A stretch of 64,000 bases of DNA from Deltaproteobacteria bacterium (GCA_019310965.1 JAFDDG010000007.1:62240-126239); one strand, 5' to 3'; counted from the stretch's first letter, positions 1 to 8,689 are shown. The notes: generated by a model not told the origin, from the letters alone. Translations and numbers: made by a program.

Positions 1-1
1 C

Positions 2-154
2 TGCGGCGATCGCTTCACGATCGCCGACATCCTGCTCTTCGCCTTCCTCGAATTTGGCGGACAGACGGGCCAGCCCCTGGATCCGAAGCTCGAGACGCTC
101 CAGAGCTGGTTCACCCGCGTGGCGGCGCGCCCGGCAATCGAGGCGAGCCAATAG
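2..154 (+). CDS. Glutathione S-transferase, C-terminal fragment (5' end outside window)
   Basis: Frame 2 reads CGDRFTIADILLFAFLEFGGQTGQPLDPKLETLQSWFTRVAARPAIEASQ, then TAG at 152-154. The FTIADI..F and L..W...V..RPA pattern is typical of the GST C-terminal domain. It is not in the ORF track because no start lies in the window. Confidence 0.6.
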   Translation, partial: CGDRFTIADILLFAFLEFGGQTGQPLDPKLETLQSWFTRVAARPAIEASQ

Positions 155-159
155 CCTCG

Positions 160-1581
160 GTGGAGACGCACGGCGTCGGCACCGTCGGCATCCTGGCGAA
201 CCCGATGGCGGGGCGCGACGTGCGCCGCCTGATCGGGCGCGCCCTGCAGCAGACGCCCGACATGAAACGCAATCAGATCCAACGCGCCGTAGTGGGTGCG
301 GTGGCGGCGGGTGCCCGACGCGTGCTGTTGATGCGCGACGTGTTTCGCGCGGCGGAGAGCGCGATCGAGAGCCTGCGACTGCACGCCGACGTTGCACTCC
401 TCGACGGACCGATCGAGACCAACGCCGGCGACACGAGGCGCAACGCCCTGGCGCTGCGCGATGCCGGCTGCGGTGCGCTGATCGTGCTCGGCGGCGATGG
501 CACCAACCGTCAGGTGGCGCTGGCCTGGCCCGACGCGCCATTGATCCCACTCTCGACGGGCACGAACAACGTATTCCCGGAGATGCTCGAAGCCACCAGT
601 GCCGGCGCCGCCGCGGGGCTCGTGGCGGCTGGCGCGGTGAGCATCGACGAGGTTTCGCGACGCTGCAAGGTGGTGGAAGTCGAGTATCCGAACTCCGAAA
701 CCGACCTGGCACTCGTCGATGTTGCGCTGCTGGAGGGAGATCACCCCGGCAGCCTGCTGGCCTTCGACCCGACGCAGCTGCGCGACCTGGTGCTCACCCG
801 CGCGGAGCCAGCCGCGGTGGGCATGTCACCGATCGGAGGCCTGCTGCAACCGGTGGGCCGCGACGATCCGGGGGGGATCACCGTGCGCTGCACGGCGCCA
901 GACGCCGGCGGCAGGCCGCTCCTGGTGCCGATCTCGCCGGGGCTCTATCGCACCGCCTACGTAGCCCACGTTGCGCCGCTGGAAGAGGGTGTCTGGACGC
1001 AGGTTTCCGGGCCCGGCGTGGTGGCCACCGATGGCGACCGCATGCGCATGCTCGGCCCGCGCGAAACGGCGCGGGCGCGCGTGATGCGCCGCGGCCCGCG
1101 GGTCATCGACGTGCCGCGCACGCTGACACTGGCCGCGAAGCGCGGGATCTTCCGAGAGCGCCCGCCCCACCTACCCTGCATCTGCTGCCTGAGCTGCTTT
1201 CGGGCCGCTTCCCGCCGGTGTTTCCCACGGACGGCGCGCAACGGCACAGCCTCGCCCGCCATCTGCGCGAGCGCCTCCCTCGAGACCCCTCGGGACGAGG
1301 AATCTCCTGCAACCATCAGGGCCCCGGCACACGCCGGGGAGACATCAGGCGAGGCGCGAGCGCGCAGCCTCGATATCGCCGTCCATGATCGTCTTGCGCT
1401 TGTTCTGATCGGCGGAGGCGGAGGCCTCCTGTGCCAGGCGCGCGACGTAGCCTTCGACTGCAGCGACCGCCAGCCCGAGAGCCGTACCCGATACGCGCAT
1501 GCCATTTCCATGCTTCGTGAGAAGCCGCTTGATCACTGCATTCGGAAGATCAGCCATGGGGTCCCTCCATCTATCTGGTGA
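160..1581 (+). CDS. ATP-NAD kinase / AcoX-like protein (3' end uncertain)
   Basis: GTG start 5 nt after the GST stop. Motifs GILANPMAGRD, LIVLGGDGTNRQV and PLSTGTNNVF match the NAD-kinase/AcoX family. Recognisable protein-like sequence fades near nt 1165. The remaining tail is Cys/Arg-rich and antisense to the histone-fold gene. Confidence 0.7.
   Translation: METHGVGTVGILANPMAGRDVRRLIGRALQQTPDMKRNQIQRAVVGAVAAGARRVLLMRDVFRAAESAIESLRLHADVALLDGPIETNAGDTRRNALALRDAGCGALIVLGGDGTNRQVALAWPDAPLIPLSTGTNNVFPEMLEATSAGAAAGLVAAGAVSIDEVSRRCKVVEVEYPNSETDLALVDVALLEGDHPGSLLAFDPTQLRDLVLTRAEPAAVGMSPIGGLLQPVGRDDPGGITVRCTAPDAGGRPLLVPISPGLYRTAYVAHVAPLEEGVWTQVSGPGVVATDGDRMRMLGPRETARARVMRRGPRVIDVPRTLTLAAKRGIFRERPPHLPCICCLSCFRAASRRCFPRTARNGTASPAICASASLETPRDEESPATIRAPAHAGETSGEARARSLDIAVHDRLALVLIGGGGGLLCQARDVAFDCSDRQPESRTRYAHAISMLREKPLDHCIRKISHGVPPSIW
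1345..1557 (-). CDS. Histone-fold protein (archaeal HMf-like bacterial histone)
   Basis: The 70-aa sequence MADLPNAVIKRLLTKHGNGMRVSGTALGLAVAAVEGYVARLAQEASASADQNKRKTIMDGDIEAARSRLA aligns by eye with archaeal HMfB (LP.A.I.R, RVS, RKTI, DIE.A). A strong SD (GGAGGGA) lies about 5 nt upstream of the ATG. Confidence 0.75.
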   Translation of the reverse strand: MADLPNAVIKRLLTKHGNGMRVSGTALGLAVAAVEGYVARLAQEASASADQNKRKTIMDGDIEAARSRLA

Positions 1582-1588
1582 CCGGATG

Positions 1589-2431
1589 CTAGGAGGGCAC
1601 GAGAGGCGCTGTCAATCGTTCTCTGCTGCGGTTACAAAACACTGTCTCATTTCGTCCGGGATGCGGTGGGCGTCCCACCAGAAAGCGGACCGCCGCTGCG
1701 GCCAGCGCCGGGCCGTCGAAATCCACCGGCACCACGTGCCCCGAGCCCGGGAGCAAGAGGTGCTGCTTCTCGGCGGAGGCCACTTTCTGGAGGATGGTCT
1801 CCGCGTCTCCGGGGTGGGCGGTCTCATCCCGCGCGCCGTGGGCGGCCAGCAGCGGCACGTGAATCTCCGTCAGCCGCGCGCGCACCACGCGCTGCAGCTT
1901 CTGCAGCTCGGCAACGGCGGCGAGCGGCATGACGGGCATGCCGGGGTGGCGTGCCCGCGCCTCGGGATCGCAGATGTCCGAGCCGTGGCGCTTCGGCAGC
2001 TCGCGGACCAGGTACTTCGCAAAGCGCGCCAGGGCGGCGCCGGGCTGGCGCAGCGCCAGGGGCACGCCGACGCAGACGACCGCGTCGAAGCCGCACTCGG
2101 CGGCGAGCAACAGCGTGACGAGGCCCCCCATCGAGAGCCCCACGCCAAACACGACGTCGTGATTTCCGTGCAGGCGAAGCACCTCGGCACGCGCAGCGTC
2201 CAGCCAGGCGGTGTAGGGCGTGCGACGCAAGGCGGCCGGCTCGCCGCCGTGACCCGGCAAGAGGGGGCCCACTGCCCGCACACCGGCGCGCGAGAGGGCC
2301 TCGCCGAGCGGGCGCACCTCGTAGGGGGTGCCGGTCAGGCCGTGGAGGCACAGCGCCGCCGCCCCCCCGTCACCCGGCAGGTCGAAGGCGTGGGAGTCGA
2401 ACGCGCGCTCAGCTCCCTCAGTCGAGCTCAC
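1589..2431 (-). CDS. Alpha/beta hydrolase (carboxylesterase / monoacylglycerol-lipase-like)
   Basis: LHGLTGTPYEVRPLG oxyanion region, GLSMGG nucleophile elbow and a C-terminal GSGHVV His motif. The start overlaps the larC stop by 14 nt. Confidence 0.8.
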   Translation of the reverse strand: MSSTEGAERAFDSHAFDLPGDGGAAALCLHGLTGTPYEVRPLGEALSRAGVRAVGPLLPGHGGEPAALRRTPYTAWLDAARAEVLRLHGNHDVVFGVGLSMGGLVTLLLAAECGFDAVVCVGVPLALRQPGAALARFAKYLVRELPKRHGSDICDPEARARHPGMPVMPLAAVAELQKLQRVVRARLTEIHVPLLAAHGARDETAHPGDAETILQKVASAEKQHLLLPGSGHVVPVDFDGPALAAAAVRFLVGRPPHPGRNETVFCNRSRERLTAPLVPS

Positions 2432-3656
2432 GCCCGGCTTCCTCGGCAGCCCGCACCACGTCGCGCAGCGCTGCGCCGGCCTTGCGGGCGGCTGCAGCGC
2501 AGTCGTCGTACTCGGCCGACACGCGCAGCTCGCCGTCGGGGGTCCAGATGCGTTTCACGCGCACCCGCCCGTAGGCCGTGGTGACGCGGGTCTCCTCCCG
2601 GCGCAGCACGACACGATCGCTCTCGGTCACCCGCACACCGATGGCCGTCGATTCGGCAAAGAGCAGGTTCGCGAGCGGCATGCGATCCGACGGCTTTGCC
2701 AGCACGCGGACCAGGAAGCCCGGACGATTCTTCTTCATCTGCAGGTGCTGCAGCGACACGTCGAGGGCGCCGGCCGCAAAGAGGCGCTCCATCAGATGGT
2801 CGAAGTGCTCGGGCACCAGATCGTCGAGGTTCGTCTCGAGCAGCACCACGCGGTCGGCGTGCGCGCCAGGGCCTCGGCCGAGAACAGCGCGCAGTACGTT
2901 GGGCATCGGTCCCTGTCGATCGTTTCCAGCGCCGTAGCCAATCGCCTCCACGGTCATGGCGGGCAGCGGGCCGAACTCCTCCACCAACGTGGCGACGATC
3001 GCGGCACCGGTCGGCGTCACCGTCTCCCATGCGACGTGCACTGGCACCACTGGGATGCCGCGCAACAGCTCGAGCGCTGCGGGCGGCGGAACCGGCAGGC
3101 GACCGTGGTCGGTCTCCACCGTGCCATTGCTGCCGACGCCGATCGCCGACGCCGTGACCCGCCGCACGTCGAGAAGTGCCAGCCCGGCCGCCGCACCGGT
3201 GACGTCGACGATGGCATCGACCGCGCCGACCTCGTGAAAGTGCACCTTCTCGACGGGCACACCGTGGATCCGGGCTTCCGCGCGGGCCAGGGACTCGAAG
3301 ATCAGGAGTGCCCGCTCGCGAATGCCGGCATCGAGCTTCGCCTTGCCCAGCAGCTTCACGATATCGCCGAAGTGCCGACCGTGGCCATGTACGTGGTGAT
3401 GCCCGTGGGAGCGCTTCGACGCCGCTCGTCGGGGCAACTTCACATCGACGAAGCGCGAGGCGATGGCGCCGCGCATCACGTTCTTCACGACCAGCTTGAA
3501 CTCGACCCCGAGACCGGCAAGCTCCGCATCGAGCGCCTTGCGCGAAAGCCCTGCGTCGAGCAGTGCACCCAGGAACATATTTCCAGCGATTCCGGAGAAA
3601 CAGTCCAGGTACAGAAGACGGCCGCCCTCGGTGGCCCTCTTTCGCCGGGGCGCCAA
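2418..3656 (-). CDS. larC: LarC, nickel-pincer cofactor nickel insertion protein (DUF111 family)
   Basis: N-terminal LLYLDCFSGIAGNMFLGALLDAG, His-rich stretch SHGHHHVHGHGRH, and HFHEVGAVDAIVDV. The ORF-track entry 2418-4424 is extended 5' by an Arg/Gly shadow. The best start is TTG at 3656, next to the larB stop; no ATG or GTG is available. Confidence 0.85.
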   Translation of the reverse strand: MAPRRKRATEGGRLLYLDCFSGIAGNMFLGALLDAGLSRKALDAELAGLGVEFKLVVKNVMRGAIASRFVDVKLPRRAASKRSHGHHHVHGHGRHFGDIVKLLGKAKLDAGIRERALLIFESLARAEARIHGVPVEKVHFHEVGAVDAIVDVTGAAAGLALLDVRRVTASAIGVGSNGTVETDHGRLPVPPPAALELLRGIPVVPVHVAWETVTPTGAAIVATLVEEFGPLPAMTVEAIGYGAGNDRQGPMPNVLRAVLGRGPGAHADRVVLLETNLDDLVPEHFDHLMERLFAAGALDVSLQHLQMKKNRPGFLVRVLAKPSDRMPLANLLFAESTAIGVRVTESDRVVLRREETRVTTAYGRVRVKRIWTPDGELRVSAEYDDCAAAARKAGAALRDVVRAAEEAGRELD

Positions 3657-3658
3657 GA

Positions 3659-4408
3659 TCAGAGCCGATTGATCAGCGTCGCCACGTAGGCTGCGCCGAA
3701 GCCATTGTCGATGTTCACCGTGGTGACGTTCGAAGCACAGCTCGTCAGCATGCCCAGCAACGCCGCGACGCCGCCAAACGCGGCGCCATAGCCAACGCTG
3801 GTCGGCACGGCGATGACGGGCTTGTCGACGAGGCCACCCACCACCGAAGGCAACGCGCCCTCCATTCCCGCCACCACGATCAGCACCCGGGCCGAGCGCA
3901 ACACCTGGCTCGAAGCCAGCAGTCGGTGGAGGCCCGCCACTCCGACATCCACCAGCAGCTCGACCTTGTTGCCGAAGCGGCTGGCAACGCCAACGGCTTC
4001 GGCAGCGACGGGCAGATCCGAGGTCCCGGCACACACGACGGCGATGCTGCCCTTGCCCGTGTTCGGCACCTCGGCCGGGCCGAACCAGAGAAGGCGGCCG
4101 GCGGCATCGTACTCGCCGAAGCCGAGGGAGGCCAGCACCTGATCCGCCACCTCTGATTCCACGCGGGTGGCCAACACCGACTGTTCCGCGGCGCGCAGGG
4201 CGCCCACGATCTCCTCGATCTGCGCGACGGTCTTGCCCGGGGCGTAGATCACCTCCGGCAGACCCGTGCGCAGGGCCCGGTGCGTATCCACCCGCGCGCC
4301 GGGCACATCGGCAAAGGGCAGGCTCGCCAAGCGCTCGAGCGCCTCGTCCAGCTCGATCTCGCCTGCGCGCACCCCCACGAGCATCTCTCGGATCCCGTCG
4401 CGGTTCAT
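3659..4408 (-). CDS. larB: LarB, pyridinium-3,5-biscarboxylic acid mononucleotide synthase (AIR-carboxylase-like)
   Basis: Full-length 249-aa ORF with VDTHRALRTGLPEVIYAPGKT, SIAVVCAGTSDLPVAAEA and VVAGMEGALPSVVGGL, typical of LarB. Confidence 0.9.
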   Translation of the reverse strand: MNRDGIREMLVGVRAGEIELDEALERLASLPFADVPGARVDTHRALRTGLPEVIYAPGKTVAQIEEIVGALRAAEQSVLATRVESEVADQVLASLGFGEYDAAGRLLWFGPAEVPNTGKGSIAVVCAGTSDLPVAAEAVGVASRFGNKVELLVDVGVAGLHRLLASSQVLRSARVLIVVAGMEGALPSVVGGLVDKPVIAVPTSVGYGAAFGGVAALLGMLTSCASNVTTVNIDNGFGAAYVATLINRL

Positions 4409-4433
4409 GCGCGCACGGTATCAAAAGTGGGCT

Positions 4434-4949
4434 TCAGAGCGACTCCACCGCAAGCACCAGCACCACGTCGGGCGTCTCGCCGGCGGCCCAGAGCTCGGTG
4501 GCGGTCACGACCACGTCCACACGCCGCGCCAGCAGCCGATCGATCAGGCTGCCTGCGTCTTCTCGCACGAGGGTCGGCACCGATAGGGTGACCCGAGTGC
4601 CGAGCCGATCCGCCACCGCCGAGACCGAGTGCGATGCGACGATGTTGCCGGCCTCGCGCAGCGCCGAGTCGGCCAGCAACTCGGCATCCAGAGCCTCGAG
4701 CACGGTCGCTCGCCCGACGCCCGATAGCAGCAGCGCGACGACGCCGCGGACGGCCCCGTCCACCTCGAACACGATGCCGGTGTCGAGCTTGCCCGCACCC
4801 GCGGAGATCGAGCCCTCCCACATGAGCACGTCGGCGACTCTCATCGGCTCTCCACAGAGCCGGCCGAAGGCCGCGGCGGCGGCCGCGGCGCTCTCCTGCG
4901 CCAGCGCGCGCACCCGCGTGTCCTGTGTATCCGCCTTCGATCGCGTCAT
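4434..4949 (-). CDS. CheC/CheX/FliY-family CheY-P phosphatase
   Basis: SALREAGN followed by exactly 22 residues then P gives an exact match to the family motif D/S-x3-E-x2-N-x22-P in the C-terminal half. The N-terminal copy is degenerate. The ATG overlaps the cheA stop (ATGA). Confidence 0.7.
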   Translation of the reverse strand: MTRSKADTQDTRVRALAQESAAAAAAAFGRLCGEPMRVADVLMWEGSISAGAGKLDTGIVFEVDGAVRGVVALLLSGVGRATVLEALDAELLADSALREAGNIVASHSVSAVADRLGTRVTLSVPTLVREDAGSLIDRLLARRVDVVVTATELWAAGETPDVVLVLAVESL

Positions 4950-6172
4950 AGCAGGTGATTCGGCTCCAACACGAAGACCGGGCGCCCGTCACCAAGGATC
5001 GTGAGACCGGCGAGTACCTTGACCGAGGCCAGCAGCTCGGGAACCGGTTTCACGTAGATCTGCTGCTGTCCGAGCACCCGCCGGACGCATACGCCCAACA
5101 TCTCGCCACGCACTTCGGTGAGCACCAGCGTGACGACTCTGTCCGCAACGACCTCCGGCAATCGCAGGCACTGGGCAAGCGAGAGCACCGGTACGGGTTC
5201 ATCGTCGACCAGCGCAAAGGCCTCGCTGCCACTGGTTTCGACGGCTTCCGCCTGCAGCTCGACGATGCGCTCCACCCGCGCGATCGGCAGGGCCACGCAC
5301 TCGCCCTCGACCTCGAGCAGCAGGACGCGCTGCACCGCCGCGGTGATCGGAACGGTGAGAGTCGTGGTGGTGCCCTGCCCCGCGTGGGTCACCACTTCGA
5401 CACTGCCGCCCAGGGAATCGAGCGTCGCGCGCACCGCATCCATGCCGACACCGCGCCCGGAGATTTCGGACACCGTTTTGGCGGTGGAGAGCCCCGGGTG
5501 GAAGACGAAGGCGGCGAGCTGCTCCGCTGCCAGGTCTTCAGCAATGCCCGGATGCACCAGACCGGCCTCCACCGCGCGCTCGCGCACCGCCTCGAGATCC
5601 ATACCGGCACCATCGTCGCGAACCGCGATGCGAATCGTGTCGTTCTCGCGCCGCGCGTCGATCACCACGCGCCCTGCCTCCGGCTTGCCGGCCGCCAGCC
5701 GAGCGGCGGGCTCCTCGATACCGTGGTCGACCGCGTTGCGCACCAGGTGCACCAACGGATCACTCAGCCGGTCGAGAATCGAGCGATCGAGTTCGAGGTC
5801 GCCACCCCGCAGCTCCACCTCGACACGTTTGTCGAGCCGCTGTGCCACGTCGCGGGCCATACGCGGCAGGGGCTCTACGATGCGCAACAACGGAGTCGTG
5901 CGCAGCTCGAGCGCACGGCGCTGCAGCTCTCCCACCACGCGATCCATGCGGTCCAGGCCGGCCGCGTGATTGCCGGCATCACCCGACTCCGCGGCGGTGC
6001 GCACCTGGCTCGAGTTCAGGATGACCTCGCCAACCGTCGAGAGGAAACGGTCGAGGGTCTCGGTCGAGACGCGAACCGAAGGGGGCGGTCGCGGGGCATC
6101 GACATTGGCGGAGCGGGGTGAGGCCGCCGCGGGGGCGGCGGCCTCAGGCCTTTTTTTCCGCGCCCTCCCCAT
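4946..6172 (-). CDS. cheA: CheA histidine kinase core (dimerisation, HATPase and CheW-like P5 domains), separated from its HPt domain by a frame change
   Basis: LDRFLSTVGEVILN, DPLVHLVRNAVDHGIE (N box), DDGAGMD (G1), GRGVGMDAV (G2) and a C-terminal CheW-like domain. The listed ATG at 6172 has no visible SD. Confidence 0.85.
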   Translation of the reverse strand: MGRARKKRPEAAAPAAASPRSANVDAPRPPPSVRVSTETLDRFLSTVGEVILNSSQVRTAAESGDAGNHAAGLDRMDRVVGELQRRALELRTTPLLRIVEPLPRMARDVAQRLDKRVEVELRGGDLELDRSILDRLSDPLVHLVRNAVDHGIEEPAARLAAGKPEAGRVVIDARRENDTIRIAVRDDGAGMDLEAVRERAVEAGLVHPGIAEDLAAEQLAAFVFHPGLSTAKTVSEISGRGVGMDAVRATLDSLGGSVEVVTHAGQGTTTTLTVPITAAVQRVLLLEVEGECVALPIARVERIVELQAEAVETSGSEAFALVDDEPVPVLSLAQCLRLPEVVADRVVTLVLTEVRGEMLGVCVRRVLGQQQIYVKPVPELLASVKVLAGLTILGDGRPVFVLEPNHLL

Positions 6173-6548
6173 CGGGCGGATCGACCAGGGCCGCAGCAGC
6201 GGGGTTCAGCTGCAACGCATGCGCCGGGGCCTCACCGGTCTCGCGCACGCTGGCCACCATGCTCTCCAGCATCTCGAGCCCGCGAAACAGCAGCGCCATG
6301 CCCGCCACATCGACGGCGACACCAGCGCTGCGCACTTCCTGCATGTGGTCTTCGAGACGGTGTGCCACCTGGGTGATCGCGTCGTACTCGAGCGAAGCCG
6401 CCATGCCCTTGATCGAGTGCGCCATGCGAAACAGGAGGTCGATGGATTCGGCGCGAGCCGCATCCTTCTCGAGCTCGAGCAGCGCCCGGCTCATCTCCGC
6501 GAGATGCTCCGTGGCCTCCTCGAGGAAGACGTCCCGATACTTGGACAT
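6144..6548 (-). CDS. cheA: CheA HPt (P1) domain ORF
   Basis: MSKYRDVFLEEATEHLAEMSRALLELE...LFRMAHSIKGMAASL carries the HSIKG phospho-His motif. It ends GAEKKA-TGA inside an A7 tract (T7 at 6151-6157 on the plus strand). Confidence 0.8.
   Translation of the reverse strand: MSKYRDVFLEEATEHLAEMSRALLELEKDAARAESIDLLFRMAHSIKGMAASLEYDAITQVAHRLEDHMQEVRSAGVAVDVAGMALLFRGLEMLESMVASVRETGEAPAHALQLNPAAAALVDPPDGEGAEKKA
6151..6157. repeat. A7/T7 homopolymer at the cheA frame break
   Basis: The plus strand reads ggcc-ttttttt-ccg. Removing one A restores a single CheA reading frame. Confidence 0.95.
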
Positions 6549-6556
6549 ATCCAAGG

Positions 6557-6928
6557 CTACTGGCCGCCCTTCTCCAAGGCCCTGGCGAGGGTCTCGACCA
6601 CGGTATCGGGCTTGAAGGGCTTCACGATGAAGTCCGTGGCACCGGCCTCCATGGCCTCCGTCACCAGTGACTCCTGTCCGAGCGCGCTGCACATCACGAC
6701 GGCCACGGTGGTGTCCAGCTCGCGAATGCCCTTCACGGCATCGATGCCCGAGCACCGCGGCATCACGATGTCCATCGTCACCAGATCCGGGTGGTGCTCC
6801 TTGAAGCAAGCCACCGCCTCGACGCCATCCGACGCCTCGGCCACTACCTCGTGCCCTTCCGCTTCGATGATCTCGCGAATCATCTGCCGCATGAAGGACG
6901 CATCGTCTGCAACCAGGATTCGAGCCAT
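6557..6928 (-). CDS. cheY: CheY-like single-domain response regulator
   Basis: MARILVADDASFMRQ..., phospho-acceptor context LVTMDIVMP, and conserved KPF. 123 aa. Confidence 0.9.
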   Translation of the reverse strand: MARILVADDASFMRQMIREIIEAEGHEVVAEASDGVEAVACFKEHHPDLVTMDIVMPRCSGIDAVKGIRELDTTVAVVMCSALGQESLVTEAMEAGATDFIVKPFKPDTVVETLARALEKGGQ

Positions 6929-6947
6929 AACTCTCCCCTTCTCTGGG

Positions 6948-7412
6948 TCATTCGCTCCATTCGAGCGAGGCTTCGATCGCCTCCGCGGCGCGGGCAACCA
7001 GTCTCTCCGCGTCCAGGACGAACACCAGGCGGCCGTCAATCGACCGCCTCTCCGCAACGGGTCCCGCGCCCACCGAGCGAGCACCGTCGCCAACCACCAG
7101 CCCCTCGATGCGATCGGCACACAGGCCGAGCTTCGCGCCACCATTGGGGCGCGGGGCCAGAACGAGCACATGGCTCGGCTCCGGCAGCTCCTGCGCATCG
7201 AGATCGAGCAGCGTCTCGCGCCGCATCACCGGCAGTGCGTCGCCGTGAAAGTTGAGCACGCCAGCCAGCTCTAGCGGCAGCATCGGGATGCAGGCCAATG
7301 CGCTGGCTTCGGCCACCTCGACGACGCACGCGATGGGCAGCGCATAGAGACTACCCGCCACCTCGAAAGTGAGCAGCCGCTCTTCGGCAGCGACGGCCGC
7401 GGGGGCGCTCAC
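6948..7412 (-). CDS. cheW: CheW coupling protein
   Basis: [21 protein letters not shown]...[12 protein letters not shown] is CheW-like. The GTG start overlaps the MCP stop (GTGA). Confidence 0.85.
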   Translation of the reverse strand: MSAPAAVAAEERLLTFEVAGSLYALPIACVVEVAEASALACIPMLPLELAGVLNFHGDALPVMRRETLLDLDAQELPEPSHVLVLAPRPNGGAKLGLCADRIEGLVVGDGARSVGAGPVAERRSIDGRLVFVLDAERLVARAAEAIEASLEWSE

Positions 7413-8689
7413 GACGCGGCCCGGCCGTCGACGTCTCCGGTCTCGAAGCGACGTAGGACCTCGGCCAGCTGCTCGGCCAGCTCGGTCACCGTCTCGGAGC
7501 AACCCTCCATTTCCTGAGTGGAGACGATCTGCCGCTGCGAGGTGTTCACGACGCCCTCGATGGCAACGCCGTTGGTCTCGGCAGCGCGGGAGACCTCGTC
7601 CATGGCACCGACCATGCGCTCGATGTCCTGGGTCTGCGAGTCGGCGCCCAGGAAGATCTCTTCGGCGCGGGTGGCCGCCTCCCCCACCGCGGAACGAATG
7701 TGCTCGAGCGAGTGCGCGATGGTGTCGATGTCCTCGCGGCCCTCCCGCACACCGAGGCTCGACTCGCGCATCTCGTCCGCCACCTCGTGGGTGTCGGTCT
7801 CGATCTCCGAGATGAGCTTGGCGATCTCTTCCGCGCTCTCGCCGGCGCTCTCGGCCAGCTTGCGGATCTCCTCCGCCACCACCGCAAAGCCTCGACCGGC
7901 CTCACCGGCTCGCGCCGCCTCGATCGAGGCGTTGAGCGAGAGGAGGTTCGTCCGCTGCGCCACGCTGGTGATGAACGAGGTGATCTGGTTGACGTGCCGC
8001 GTCTTCGCTTCGAGATCGAAGACCCGCGCAACGCTCTGTTCGACCCCCTCGAAGACCATGCGCATCTTCTCGATGGCCAGGCGGGCGACGTCGACGCCGG
8101 AATTTGCCTTCTGATTTGCCTCGGCAGCAAATCCGAACGCCTCGCGGGCGCGATCGGAGTTGCGCTCGATGGTCGATGCGATCTCCCGAATCGCCGTGTT
8201 CGCGTCGTGCAGCAGCTTCTGCTGCTCGATGACACTGCGCGCGAGCTCGGAGACGGTGGCGGAGATCTCTTCGTTGCCGGTGCTCACCTGTCCGGTCGAA
8301 CGCATCAGCTCACCGGCCGCCTGGGACACGCGATCGCTGGTGGTCTGCACGTGCTCCACCAGAGCGCGCAGGCCGGCGACCATGCCTTCGATGCTGTGCA
8401 CCAGCGAATCGATCTCGTCCGGAAATTGCGACACGCGCTCGATGGCGACAGGCTTCGACAAATCGCCGCGCGCGATCGCGTCCGTGACTCCGTGCAAGCG
8501 CTGGAACGTGCGCGTCAACTGACGTGAAAAGAAGTAGCCGAGCGCGCCGCCCACGAAGAGCGCCACAAAGGGCGTCGCCCAGGGCGCCACGGCCACGCCC
8601 GCTCTTCCGAGCAGCAACGGAAAGCCGACCACAGCGGCGCCCACGACACACGCGCCCACCACGAATTTATGGGTCAGAGATACCCGCAT
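7409..8689 (-). CDS. Methyl-accepting chemotaxis protein, two TM helices with no periplasmic sensor domain, plus HAMP and signalling domains
   Basis: The ATG at 8689 gives [14 protein letters not shown]... Two hydrophobic helices are joined by a roughly 10-aa loop. A HAMP domain follows, then the highly conserved hairpin [35 protein letters not shown]. The track ORF 7409-9127 is 5'-extended shadow. Confidence 0.9.
   Translation of the reverse strand: MRVSLTHKFVVGACVVGAAVVGFPLLLGRAGVAVAPWATPFVALFVGGALGYFFSRQLTRTFQRLHGVTDAIARGDLSKPVAIERVSQFPDEIDSLVHSIEGMVAGLRALVEHVQTTSDRVSQAAGELMRSTGQVSTGNEEISATVSELARSVIEQQKLLHDANTAIREIASTIERNSDRAREAFGFAAEANQKANSGVDVARLAIEKMRMVFEGVEQSVARVFDLEAKTRHVNQITSFITSVAQRTNLLSLNASIEAARAGEAGRGFAVVAEEIRKLAESAGESAEEIAKLISEIETDTHEVADEMRESSLGVREGREDIDTIAHSLEHIRSAVGEAATRAEEIFLGADSQTQDIERMVGAMDEVSRAAETNGVAIEGVVNTSQRQIVSTQEMEGCSETVTELAEQLAEVLRRFETGDVDGRAAS

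Noticed and set aside
3657-4424. 5' extension of the larC ORF (track 2418-4424)
   Set aside because: The region is fully occupied by larB in another frame. The extension is Arg/Gly shadow, and LarC homology begins at LLYLDCFSG.
6151-6162. dnaX-type -1 programmed frameshift on the in-phase A-AAA-AAG heptamer in cheA
   Set aside because: The -1 frame terminates after about 45 codons and does not reach the kinase core, which lies in the +1 frame. An indel or a genuine split is therefore more likely.
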